From contig CAWJRG010000009.1 in assembly GCA_963845185.1 (NCBI GenBank), forward strand, positions 864,001-928,000: 64,000 nucleotides of DNA. Direction: 5' to 3'. The notes under the pieces are model-generated. The model ran no database searches. It was not told where the DNA came from and worked only from the letters and a program-made list of their open reading frames with translations. The position numbers and the translations under genes are program-made. Origin of the DNA: an uncultured bacterium (GTDB lineage: Bacteria; Oederibacteriota; PGYV01; CAWJRG01). Shown here one piece after another: positions 41,514 to 52,000 of this stretch (position 1 is its first letter; every line of letters begins with the position of its first letter).

Positions 41514-43316
41514 TTACTTCGCATACAACAAAAATAAAATTTTAAATATCCGGTTTAATTCCCTGTATATTTCCATTTTTTTATCATTTTTTTCTCCATC
41601 AAGAGCCATATTATAGTAACGGATCGCGTAAAAATAAATAGCCTGCTTATCGTAAATGCCCGCCAGGCTCATTGCCGCCTGGTATAAATCAGGTTTTATG
41701 GCAAGCGCCTTTTCGTAAAAATAAACAGCATCATCCTTTCTTTCCGCCATCTCGGAAATTATTCCGAGCCTGTAATATGAGTCATACGGTTCGGCCGAAA
41801 GCCCAATCGCCTTTTTAAAACAATCGATTGCTTCATCGTATTTCCCCATCGAGCCGTAAATCATGCCCAGGTTATTATAGGTTTCGTAGCTGCCGGGTAA
41901 TAGTTCCAGAACCCTGTTATAAAGCTCAACCGCGGTTTTGTCATCGCCCATTTCCTGATAAACAAGCCCGAGGTCGTGATATGCCTGAGCGAGTCCCGGC
42001 TTTATTTTGATGATTTTCGAAAGAAAGGCAATCGCCTTGTCATATTGTCTCATTTTTTTATAGATTAATCCCAGGTTGATGTAGGCAGGCTCAAAATCAG
42101 GCTCTGCTTTAAGCGCTAACTCGTAGAATTTTACAGCTGTTTCGTTCTTGTCTTGTTCCTCAAATATATCGCCGGCTGTATTTAAAGCCTTTGCGTGTTC
42201 CGGTTCTATGGAAATTGCGATACCAAGGTATTTAAGGGCTTTTTTATATTTTTTCATTTCCTTATAAACAACCCCTGCCTGGTAATATACGTCCGGATCT
42301 TTCTTATTGAGCCGCCTTGCCTTGCTTAAAAAAGCCAGCGCCTCATTGTATTTCTTCTGCTTTTCGCAGGCTATTCCCAGGTCTATAAACACCCCGGCGC
42401 TGTCCGGTTTAATTCCTGCCGCCTGCTTCAAAATATTTTCAGCCAGTTCATAATTTTCGTTTTCAAGGAATATGAGCCCGAGCGTGTAGTATCCGTAAAA
42501 ATTTTTGTTGTCTATAAGCAGCGCGCCGGCCGCGTAATACTGCGCCTGTCTGTAAAAGCCGCTGACATCGTAAAGCACGGCAAGGTTTGCATAAGCGTCG
42601 CTGAATAAATCATCCTTCTCAATCGCAGTCTCATAATTCTGTATTGCCGCGCCCTTCATTCCGAGCAGAAAATAACAGTTCCCCCGGTAAAAATAAGCAG
42701 GCGCGGTATAAACATCTTTAAGGTATTTAATGGCAGTCTCGTAATTGTGCTTTTTATACAGAGCAAGCGCGTAAAGCCAGTTCAATCCTTCGCTTAAATC
42801 TTTTTCAGAAGTAAAAGCAAAAGATATAACCTGCATGTTTTTCTCTATTTCCGCAACCTTGAATTCCCTTAACTGTTTTAAATCCCTGTATGTGTCCTTA
42901 AAACCTCCGTCCATAATAAATATTTTGCATGTGTTCTTTTTCCCCTTGCCGGCAGGCTCGTTTACCTCGCCTGATATCACTATATCCACTCTTTTGCCTG
43001 TTTTATTGTAAACATCCAGGGCGTCGTCATATGTCTTGACATAAACATGCCTCATAATGCCCTTGTTTATCCGTGCAGGCAGGGATTTTTTGATTTTTTC
43101 CCTTATGATTTTCTCAATTATTGAAGAGTCGGCAGACTTTTTCATGTCAAAATCCCAGAACCGCGTCACTATAATGCGCAAATTGTCCCTTGTGTCCATA
43201 TACATGTCCCATGCAAAATATAAGCTCGTTGCCAGCCCTGCCAGGATAAAAACAAATAAAGTGGAATTTATTATATTATTTCTGCTCTGCAAGCTCCTGA
43301 ATTCTCTGTTATCCAT
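41514..43316 (-). CDS. Membrane-anchored TPR protein
   Basis: N-terminal TM; more than 10 TPRs (AYINLG, AYHDLG, TYNNLG). Confidence 0.88.
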   Translation of the reverse strand: MDNREFRSLQSRNNIINSTLFVFILAGLATSLYFAWDMYMDTRDNLRIIVTRFWDFDMKKSADSSIIEKIIREKIKKSLPARINKGIMRHVYVKTYDDALDVYNKTGKRVDIVISGEVNEPAGKGKKNTCKIFIMDGGFKDTYRDLKQLREFKVAEIEKNMQVISFAFTSEKDLSEGLNWLYALALYKKHNYETAIKYLKDVYTAPAYFYRGNCYFLLGMKGAAIQNYETAIEKDDLFSDAYANLAVLYDVSGFYRQAQYYAAGALLIDNKNFYGYYTLGLIFLENENYELAENILKQAAGIKPDSAGVFIDLGIACEKQKKYNEALAFLSKARRLNKKDPDVYYQAGVVYKEMKKYKKALKYLGIAISIEPEHAKALNTAGDIFEEQDKNETAVKFYELALKAEPDFEPAYINLGLIYKKMRQYDKAIAFLSKIIKIKPGLAQAYHDLGLVYQEMGDDKTAVELYNRVLELLPGSYETYNNLGMIYGSMGKYDEAIDCFKKAIGLSAEPYDSYYRLGIISEMAERKDDAVYFYEKALAIKPDLYQAAMSLAGIYDKQAIYFYAIRYYNMALDGEKNDKKMEIYRELNRIFKILFLLYAK

Positions 43317-43367
43317 GATGTTATTATTATAGCGTATCGGAAAGGAATTTGGAATATGATTTTACCC

Positions 43368-43471
43368 TTGATTTCGTTTACTTTGTCAAGACGCCAACAG
43401 TCGCCGGCAAAGTACTACGAAATCATGTACCCGCTCCAGTCCGAAGCCAATAGGCTGAGGACAAGCGGTAT
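43368..43471 (+). repeat. Element A copy, followed by element B (43473-43527)
   Basis: ttgatttcgtttactttgtc..ggcaaagtactacgaaatcatgtacccgctccagtcc..ggacaagcggtat. Confidence 0.9.
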
Positions 43472-43532
43472 AGGAGCGGTCAAATATCCCCGCCTCTACT
43501 GGCGGGGATTTTCGCGAAGCGGGATCAAAATT

Positions 43533-43563
43533 AAAAAGCCCGGATTAAACTTCTCCGGGCTTT
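43533..43563. terminator. Probable terminator
   Basis: aaaaagcccgga ttaaacttc tccgggcttt. Confidence 0.75.
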
Positions 43564-43591
43564 GAATTGATTAAAACTTTAATGATACTTA

Positions 43592-44026
43592 TTAAAATTC
43601 CTTCATTACCATTAATTCGTATTCTTTCCGAAAAGGGTTGTAATTTACTTCCACCCCGACCTTTTGCCCGCCAAACGCGTTGTGCAGCCAGAAATAATCT
43701 ACTGCCGTATAAACAAGCGCGACCCCTGCGGTTATGCCGAGGTACATCGCAGTATTGCTTTTCATGTCCACCTTTGCCTTTTCATATAAAAGCCTGTAAT
43801 AATTTTCCTGAGTTGTGTTGTCTATGCTGCTTTTCAATGCTGCATAATTATCGGCTGCGTTTCTCTCATCCATTACAGCCCATATTGTTGTTCCGCTAAA
43901 AATAACATCAGCGCCTATCAAAGTCCAGCCATAACCGTTCATTCCGCTATTCCCGCCGAGGTCCGTTGCCTGAAGCGCAGGATAAAAAGCTGCGAATAAC
44001 AAAAACATTATCATTATTTTTTTCAT
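43592..44026 (-). CDS. Hypothetical exported/membrane protein, duplicate 1
   Basis: Near-identical to 45153-45587. Confidence 0.8.
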   Translation of the reverse strand: MKKIMIMFLLFAAFYPALQATDLGGNSGMNGYGWTLIGADVIFSGTTIWAVMDERNAADNYAALKSSIDNTTQENYYRLLYEKAKVDMKSNTAMYLGITAGVALVYTAVDYFWLHNAFGGQKVGVEVNYNPFRKEYELMVMKEF

Positions 44027-44051
44027 TTAATCACCCCTGTTTTAATTTTTT

Positions 44052-45101
44052 TCACTGGACATATATTCCTGTTGCCACTCCATATGTACCTACTGGCAAA
44101 TCCACTTTATCGTTATTTGCCCAGTAACAAGGAATATCATCCGTGCCATTATAATAATAACCGGCTGTATATACTATACCACCTGACACATATATTGAAT
44201 ATGTCATTGCATCTCCATTTATACCGCTACCGGCTAAATCTGTCCTTGCAATTCCCGCCCAGTAGCAAGCAATATTTTTTCCGCCGTCGTTATAGTATCC
44301 GGATGTATATACTGTCCCTCCTGATACATTTATTGAATTTGCAATCCCGTAATGCGTTGAAACCCCATCACCTGGCAAATCCGTCTTTACAAAACCCGTC
44401 CAGTAACAAGGGACAGAATAACCGTAATTGTAATAATACCCTGCGGTATATATTGTACCTCCCGACACATATATGGAAGTTGCGTATGCATTGTTTGTGC
44501 TTACCAGCAAATCAGTCTTTATTATACCCGTCCAGATGCAGGGTATTGTTGTACTGCCGTTATAATAATCGCCGGCTGTATATACTGTACCTCCTGATAC
44601 ATATGTTGAATTTACATTTGCGCCATTTATATTATTCAGTAAATCCGTTCTTGTCGTCCCTGTCCAGTAACACGGAATATAATAACTGCCGTTATAATAA
44701 TTCCCGGCTGTATATACTGTACCTCCTGATACATATATAGAAGTCACATTTGCTTCATTATTAATCCCCGGCGGTAAATCCGTTTTTGTCGTCCCCGTCC
44801 AGTAACACGGAACATCATAACTGCCGTTAGAATAACTGCCTGCCGTGTATACCGTTCCTCCCGAAACGCATATTGAAGACGCAGATGCGCCGTACAATCC
44901 GTTTCCAGCCAAATCTGTCCTTGTTGTACCCGCCCAGTAACACGGTATTGTTAAGCTGCCGTTATAATAACTGCCTGCTGAATAAACTGTCGGGCCTTTT
45001 GCAGGTGCAGGCACGGTAGGAGCCGCGGCTTGCTTGCACCCGTTTGTTAACAAAGCAAAAGTTATTAGTAAAAGCATCAATAAAAAAATAGTTTTTTTCA
45101 T
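44052..45101 (-). CDS. Repeat lipoprotein (probable beta-propeller), duplicate 1
   Basis: TNGC lipobox; about 7 repeats SIYVSGGTVYTAG.Y.NG...PCYWTG...TDL. Confidence 0.85.
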   Translation of the reverse strand: MKKTIFLLMLLLITFALLTNGCKQAAAPTVPAPAKGPTVYSAGSYYNGSLTIPCYWAGTTRTDLAGNGLYGASASSICVSGGTVYTAGSYSNGSYDVPCYWTGTTKTDLPPGINNEANVTSIYVSGGTVYTAGNYYNGSYYIPCYWTGTTRTDLLNNINGANVNSTYVSGGTVYTAGDYYNGSTTIPCIWTGIIKTDLLVSTNNAYATSIYVSGGTIYTAGYYYNYGYSVPCYWTGFVKTDLPGDGVSTHYGIANSINVSGGTVYTSGYYNDGGKNIACYWAGIARTDLAGSGINGDAMTYSIYVSGGIVYTAGYYYNGTDDIPCYWANNDKVDLPVGTYGVATGIYVQ

Positions 45102-45152
45102 ATTCCCTCCCTAAATCATTTTAATAACTTACACATTATGTCAAACGTTATT

Positions 45153-45587
45153 TTAAAAATCCTTTTTTACCATTAATATATATTCTTTTTGAAAAGGGTT
45201 GTAATTTACTTCCACCCCGACCTTTTGCCCGCCAAACGCGGTGTGCAGCCAGAAATAATCTACTGCCGTATAAACAAGCGCGGCCCCTGCGGTTATGCCG
45301 AGGTACATCGCAGTATTGCTCTTGCTGTCCACCTTTGCTTTTTCATATAAAAGCCTGTAATAATTTTCCTGGGTTGTGTTGTCTATGTTGTTTTTCAGCG
45401 CGGCATAGCTGTCAGCCGAGTTCCTCTCGTCCATTACAGCCCATATGGTTGCTCCGCTAAAAACCACATCAGCGCCTATCAAAGTCCAGCCATAACCGTT
45501 CATTCCGCTATTCCCGCCGAGATCCGTTGCCTGAAGTGCAGGATAAAAAGCTGCTAATAACAAAAACATTATCATTATTTTTTTCAT
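45153..45587 (-). CDS. Hypothetical exported/membrane protein, duplicate 2
   Basis: Near-identical to 43592-44026. Confidence 0.8.
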   Translation of the reverse strand: MKKIMIMFLLLAAFYPALQATDLGGNSGMNGYGWTLIGADVVFSGATIWAVMDERNSADSYAALKNNIDNTTQENYYRLLYEKAKVDSKSNTAMYLGITAGAALVYTAVDYFWLHTAFGGQKVGVEVNYNPFQKEYILMVKKDF

Positions 45588-45611
45588 TTAATCACCCCTG
45601 TTTTGATTTTT

Positions 45612-46721
45612 TCACTGGACATATATCGCGTATGCCCACGCGCCATTTGTGCTTCCCTGCAAATCAGTTTCTGTTGTGCCTGTCCAGTAGCACGGGACAT
45701 CATAACTGCCGTTATAGTGATAGCCAACTATGTATGTTACCCCATTTTTCACAAATATTGTTTCAGCGGCTCCTGCGCTGGTGGTTAAATCCGTCTTTAC
45801 CGGGTTAGCTCCTATCGCTGTCCAGTAACACGGGATGCTTTTAAGACCTAAATCATAAAAACCACAAATATTTATTATCCCGTTTGCTACATCTATTGAA
45901 TATGCGGATGCGCTGCTTGTGTCTCCCGGCAAATCTGTCACTATTGCCGACCCTGTCCCAGTCACTGTCCAATAACATGGATTAAAATCACCTTCAAAGT
46001 CGCCGGTATTATAAAAACCCGCAGCATATATTATCCCGTTAGACACGCATATGGCATTTGCCCTTGATCCATTTGTATTTCCAGGCAAATCCGTCCTTGT
46101 TGTCCCTGTCCAGTAACACGGGATATTTATGGTGCCGTCATTATAATAACCTCCCGTATATATTATACCTCCTGATACACATATTGATAGTACCTCTGCG
46201 TCGTCTGCTCCATCCCCTGCCAAATCTTGCTTTGATGTATCTGTCCAGTAACATGGAATTAATTTAATGCCATCATTATAAGAACCTGCCGTATAAACAG
46301 TCCCGTTTGATACACTCATTGAATACGCGTATCCATTGTAACCGGCACACGGTAAAATTGTTTGAGTTGTCCCTGTCCAGTAACAAGGTTGAAGATAAGA
46401 GTTATTGTCATAGTAACCAGCCGTATATACCGTGTTTCCAGATACATATATTGAATATACATTATCGTCGGCCCCGCTTCCCGGCAAATCTGTCTTTTGT
46501 GTCCCTTTCCAATAACACGCAATATTATTTAATCCGTCAGGAGAATAACTGCCCGCTGTATATATTGGCGAGTTATTTACTGGCGTAGCAGCCCCAGGCA
46601 CGGTAGGAGTTGCGGCCGGCTTACAACCGTTTATTAAAAAAGCAACAACTATTACAAGAATCACCAATAAAAAAACATTCTTTTTCATATTTCCCTCCTG
46701 AAAAACATTTTTATGACTCAT
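45612..46721 (-). CDS. Repeat lipoprotein (probable beta-propeller), duplicate 2 (start probably at MKKNVF)
   Basis: INGC lipobox; same PCYWTG repeats. Confidence 0.85.
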   Translation of the reverse strand: MSHKNVFQEGNMKKNVFLLVILVIVVAFLINGCKPAATPTVPGAATPVNNSPIYTAGSYSPDGLNNIACYWKGTQKTDLPGSGADDNVYSIYVSGNTVYTAGYYDNNSYLQPCYWTGTTQTILPCAGYNGYAYSMSVSNGTVYTAGSYNDGIKLIPCYWTDTSKQDLAGDGADDAEVLSICVSGGIIYTGGYYNDGTINIPCYWTGTTRTDLPGNTNGSRANAICVSNGIIYAAGFYNTGDFEGDFNPCYWTVTGTGSAIVTDLPGDTSSASAYSIDVANGIINICGFYDLGLKSIPCYWTAIGANPVKTDLTTSAGAAETIFVKNGVTYIVGYHYNGSYDVPCYWTGTTETDLQGSTNGAWAYAIYVQ

Positions 46722-46823
46722 ATATTTTACTTAACATTATTTAAATCGTTTTGAACTTGCTTTATTATATAATTAAATGCTTTTTTGTCAATAAATAATA
46801 CCTGTAAGATGGTGTACACTATT

Positions 46824-47054
46824 GTGTGTAATTTCAAAAACAAATAACCTCTCTCCCCTTGAGGAGTTAAATAATCCGGTGGATTATTTAACGGGTAGAA
46901 GTCATCTGGATATTTCGATGAATGCTTTTCTACCCAGAGTCAGAGTGAGGGGTGCAGAGAAACCGTGAAAATTTTCACCCTCACCCATCCCTCTCCCTTC
47001 GAGGGAGAGGGAAAAAATTCCTTTTAGATAATAGTAAAAATTGAAATTACACAC
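46824..47054. mobile_element. MITE-like composite palindromic element C, copy 2
   Basis: Perfect 14-bp TIR gtgtgtaatttcaa/ttgaaattacacac. Confidence 0.75.
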
Positions 47055-47161
47055 TTTTTTATTCATTATCTACCTGTAATAATTCTCATTACCACGGGAT
47101 TTGCTTTTTCTCGGATCGGAATAAAATAATAGGTATCGTTTTGATTATTAAAAAACAGCTC

Positions 47162-48931
47162 TTACTTCACCACTGCCATCTTTCCCCATTGTTTTTTCTT
47201 TTCGTTTCCGCTTACTGCCTCCACGCTGTAAATATATATACCGCTCGCTATTGACATGCCGCTTTTATTTTTACTATCCCAGTAAATGCTGTTCATCCCC
47301 TGCGCCCCCTGCTGCTCCAGTTCCCTCACCACTTCGCCGCTGATGGTGTATATCTTCACCTTTATTTCGGCCTGGCTGCATAGGTCAAAGATAAAATACG
47401 TGCCTTCAGCAAACGGGTTCGGCGAGTTCCTGTAAAGAGTCAGACACAAAGGAAGCCATGTTGGGGTCGGCGTTGGAGGTATGGTCAAAGTAGCTGTTGC
47501 GGTAAATGTTGTGGATGTTACAGCCGTGGCCGTTATGGTCCACGTGGGTGTTATCGTGGCTGTCAGGGTGCCGGATGCTGAAATTGTATAAGTTGGAGTG
47601 GCGCTGAGCGTTGCCGAAACTGTCGGGGTCGCGCAGGTCATCAGTGCCCCGGCCTGGTTCGTGGTCATGAATGTGGAATTGTTCCAGCCCCCAACTGTGT
47701 AAAGCACCCCGTTGACAGCCTTCACGCCCTGCCCTGCCCCAATGTTTGGCATGGAGGTAATGGTTGTCCAGGTGTTTAAACCCGGGTCATAGGCCATCAC
47801 TGCGTTGCCGATGATTGTACTGCACCCTCCGGCCACGTAGAAAAGACCGTTCATCACGTCCCCGCCCGTGTCTTCTTCACCTGTGGGCATTGGCGCCAGC
47901 CCCGTGGTCCAGGTATTGGTCGCGGGGTTGTAGGCTTCCAGCGTGGTCAGCGACATTCCAGTCAATATGAAACTGGCGCTGGCGCTCCCGCCTGCCGCGT
48001 AAATGATCCCGTTCACCACGCCAGCCGAGAATTGGCAGCGGGCCGTGGGCATCGCGGCCAGCCCCGTGGTCCATGTATTGGTCGCGGGATTGTAGGCCTC
48101 AACCGTGTTCAGTGGATTGGCGCCGGCGTCATTGCCGCCTATTGCGTAGATGATTCCGTTCACCACTGCCACGGACAAATTGCAGCGGCTTGTGGGCATT
48201 GGCGCCAGCGATGTCCATGTGTTTGTGGATGGGTTGTAGGCCTCAACCGTATTGAGGACGGTTGTCCCATTGTACCCGCCGATGGCGTAAATGATGCCGT
48301 TCACTGCTTCAACTGCCAGGTCTTCCCTGCCCGTAGGCATTGGCGCCAGGGATGTCCATGTATTGGTCGCAGGGTTGTAGGCTTCCAGCGTGGTCAGGTT
48401 GTCGCCGGATATGTTCTGCCCGCCCACGGCGTATAGGATGCCGTTCACCTGGCACGCAGCCAGCCTGTCCCGGCCCGTGGGCATAGGCGCCTTCACTATC
48501 CAGCTCAGGTTTCCAGAGGAACAGGCCGTTGCCGTAATTGTCGGTGTTGCCTTAACTGTAGGCGATGTTGTCAAAAGGCTTGTATCATTTGTGTTTGTGG
48601 CCGTAACCGATGATGTATCCGTAGGTGTCGGGGTTGCCGTATTTGTCGCCGTAATTGTTTGGGTTTCTGAAACAGTAAGCGTATCTGTGATTGTCGGCGG
48701 AGTTCCTGTTATGGTTGGAGTGGCAGACGGCGCCGAGAATGGACAAAGATATATCAATATTCTGCTCCTGTCAAGGTCGGTCACATACAGATTGTTCTGG
48801 TCGTCAAATGTTGCTGAGTAAGGCATTGATCCGTAATCCATGAGCTGGCCGCTTGGATTGTCTTGTGTCAGCGGGTTTTTCAGTATTTGCGGGAACCTGG
48901 AGCCTGTATATCCGTTCATGCCTACGACCAT
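47162..48931 (-). CDS. Kelch-repeat protein with PT linkers and T9SS/FlgD-like CTD; N-terminus looks truncated
   Basis: Six kelch repeats APMPT.R...VNGIIYAIGG...EAYNPATNTW; PNPF...ASGIYIY; no signal peptide. Confidence 0.8.
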   Translation of the reverse strand: MVVGMNGYTGSRFPQILKNPLTQDNPSGQLMDYGSMPYSATFDDQNNLYVTDLDRSRILIYLCPFSAPSATPTITGTPPTITDTLTVSETQTITATNTATPTPTDTSSVTATNTNDTSLLTTSPTVKATPTITATACSSGNLSWIVKAPMPTGRDRLAACQVNGILYAVGGQNISGDNLTTLEAYNPATNTWTSLAPMPTGREDLAVEAVNGIIYAIGGYNGTTVLNTVEAYNPSTNTWTSLAPMPTSRCNLSVAVVNGIIYAIGGNDAGANPLNTVEAYNPATNTWTTGLAAMPTARCQFSAGVVNGIIYAAGGSASASFILTGMSLTTLEAYNPATNTWTTGLAPMPTGEEDTGGDVMNGLFYVAGGCSTIIGNAVMAYDPGLNTWTTITSMPNIGAGQGVKAVNGVLYTVGGWNNSTFMTTNQAGALMTCATPTVSATLSATPTYTISASGTLTATITPTWTITATAVTSTTFTATATLTIPPTPTPTWLPLCLTLYRNSPNPFAEGTYFIFDLCSQAEIKVKIYTISGEVVRELEQQGAQGMNSIYWDSKNKSGMSIASGIYIYSVEAVSGNEKKKQWGKMAVVK

Positions 48932-49032
48932 TACGCTTTTATTGTTTTCTATATATATTAGACAAATTTATTATAAAAAAGTTTCAAAAAACAATATTAT
49001 TATTTTACCCCTTTATAATAAATTAAAAATTT

Positions 49033-52000
49033 TTATTTTAAAATTATTATTACTCCAGTTTTGGATTTTACCTGCTTGCCGGCCTGCTTTGCAGTTAATA
49101 TATAATAATAAGTGCCATCCGCCAGATTGCTGAAATTCGCTTTGTCAACAGTTTCTGTTTTTTCATCGCTTGATGCAGAGTCGCTGCCTGATACAATTAT
49201 TACCTTTATCAGCCTGAATGCAATTGTATAAATCCTTATATCAACCTCGTCAGTATCCTGTGCGATTGTATAGCCTATGCTCAAGTTTCCCAAGTTGGGA
49301 TTATATGGATTAGGCCAGACATTAATTACTGTTATCCCTGGTGTAATGGTCGGTATTATGCAGGGACATGTCATCGAAAACGTAGGTGAAACATTCGGCG
49401 TGGCAGTATAAGTCAAAGTTATTGTGTATGTGCGGGTGATAGTAAGGCTTGTGGTGGGTGTTTTTGTTATGGTATAGGTCAATGTCACAGTATTTGAATA
49501 AGTTGGCGTTAACGTATTTGTATATGTGAGAGTGACAGAATATTTGTAAGTAGGCGTGAAAGTATAAGTGTATGTGCCTGTATATGTCGGCGTCGCTGTA
49601 TCTGTCGGTGTCATTGTATATGTAGGCGTATACGTTACTGATAATATAACCACAGTATAAGTCATCGTTATCGTGTATGAAGGCGTTATTGTTAATGTGC
49701 ATGTAAATGTATAAGTTTCCGTCAGTGTTGTAGTCATGGTTATGGTCGGCGTGTCTGTCTCTGTCGGCGGCGTGCCTGTTATGGTCGGCGTTGGCGAGAC
49801 AATTTCGGTTTCCGTAGGAGTCGCCGTCATGGTATTTGTCGGTGTAGAACTTGGCGTGTTTGTCAATGTTGTTGTAATTGTATATGTCGGTGTATTTGTC
49901 CTTGTCGTTGTGCTTGTTCCTGTTGTAGTAAGCGTGCTTGTTTCTGTTGTTGTTAAAGTCATAGTGTTCTTTGGTGTGTTTGTCAACGTCATCGCAACTG
50001 TATTTGTCAACGTCGTTGTCCTTGTTACAGTAAAAGTCTGCGTTAGTGTCCGCGAATATACCGGCGTATTGGTCGGTGTGCCCGGGTATCCTTCCAGCCT
50101 TATATTGTCTATATCCACGGTAAAATTATCCGTGGAAGCCACGCTTGCGGTAAAAGCCAGGAAAGTAATCTGGGTTTGCCCCGCGTCAATCACAGCCGAA
50201 AGCGGTATCCTGACAGTTGACCATGTAGTGGTACTTAAAGTGCCTCCGCCCACAATATAAGCCGCAGGGTCTACATTTATTGCCCAGTTTGTATCCGCGG
50301 TCAGGTACATCTGGCCGACAGGGTTTGGGCTGGACGCATCCTCTTTCATGTTAAATGTCAGGTACAAATTTGTGCCTATATTTTTAGGGTTGTTAAGCGT
50401 CCACCAGAGCTGCTGCCAGTATCCCGCCACGTTTGTGTATGTAAGCAGCATCATGTTTCCCAGGTCGCCGCCTGTCACCTGCGTCATCGTGCCCGGAGCA
50501 GTATTATTCACTGTCCCGTCGCTTAGCGTGGCTCCTGCAGTGTCGCCGTCATAAATTATGGTTGCCACAAGCGCCGGCGTAACAGTAAATGTAGGAGTAA
50601 TTGTGTATGTTGCGCTCCGGGTGTAGGTCGGAGTCTGCGTCCACGGAGGCGTGATGGTTTTTGTCAATGTGAAGGTTGTTGTCTGCGTTATGGAAACCAC
50701 AGGCGTGTTCGTAGGCGTGGTGTTTGATTTTATAATGAAATGCATTGCCGAGTACGCGGGCATGTTGTAAGAAAAATAGTTGTTGTTTATCGCTACAGTC
50801 GACCTGGCTGTTATGGTATAGCTTGTCTGGTCAAAACCGTAAACCTGCATTGTGGTATATGTCTGCGAGCTGGTTATGGTTATGTTTGCCGGCTGCGCCG
50901 TATTATATTTATTGACTATTATCATGTGTATCGTGGACAGGTCGGAGCCGTTTATTGAGGCGTAAACCGATATTGTAGAAGTATCGGAATCTGCCTGTAT
51001 ATTCGTGTTGCCGAAAGTTGATTTTGCGCCGTCATAATTCCTGTACATTTTAAAAGCAGCCGCAGAATACCCGCCCTCATCTACAGGCCACAAAGTCGCA
51101 AGATATACTCCGTATTTCCCGCATATGCCCAGAAAGTCGGTGTCAGTCAGCCCTCCTGAAAACTCCCTGCCTGCTCCAAAATTCCACTCTGAAAAAGAAA
51201 TCTTTGTGCCCGGGAAATACTGATTAATGGACTGCTGTATTAAGGGAATAAGTGGCGTGTACTGCAGGAAATATGGATTAATCCAGCTATTTTCAGCGTA
51301 ACCGGTTTCCCATAATGTCCTTGTTGCGTTCATCCTGGCCACATCATTTGCCGCTGTCAAATAAGTTGAGCAACCATTATCCGTTACCCTGCATGTACCG
51401 TCAGTCGCTTCGGAATAATAATGAAAATCCAATACATCAATAGGCTTTTTCCCGGTTGCCTGATAGGACTGGTTCATCATGTAAAGATAATATGACACAA
51501 ACCAAATATAATTTGTATTTAACGCAGTAGTCCAGTCTGGCGCACCGTTTAAATTTATGTAGTCGCTCCACCCGAAAAATACTCCGCCGAAAATCATGCA
51601 ATATGGGTCCACGTTTTTTATTGCGCCGCCCAATGCAATTGAATCATTGACATATTCATTACATGTTACATGATTAGGGTGCAAATACGGATGCGTACCG
51701 TTCCATATGCCAGGCTCGTTGTCAAGGTCGTAAAATTTGACGCCTGTGGATGTCGAGGCATTGCCGAAAGTCTGCACGAGATACCACACCGATTCATCCA
51801 TGTAAACAGCGTCATCCGTCGTATTTGGCGGATAAGTAAAAGGGCTGCCCTTCGTGTAATATATCGGGTGCCATCTTGACGATGGCGCGGTCTGGGCAGC
51901 CGTCACATCCCCGTTCATATCAGCCGCTACATATCCTGCCATTGGTATTGTCACGAGCGACGCATAGCCTTTTGAATTATTAGTGCTTACGAAATACTGG

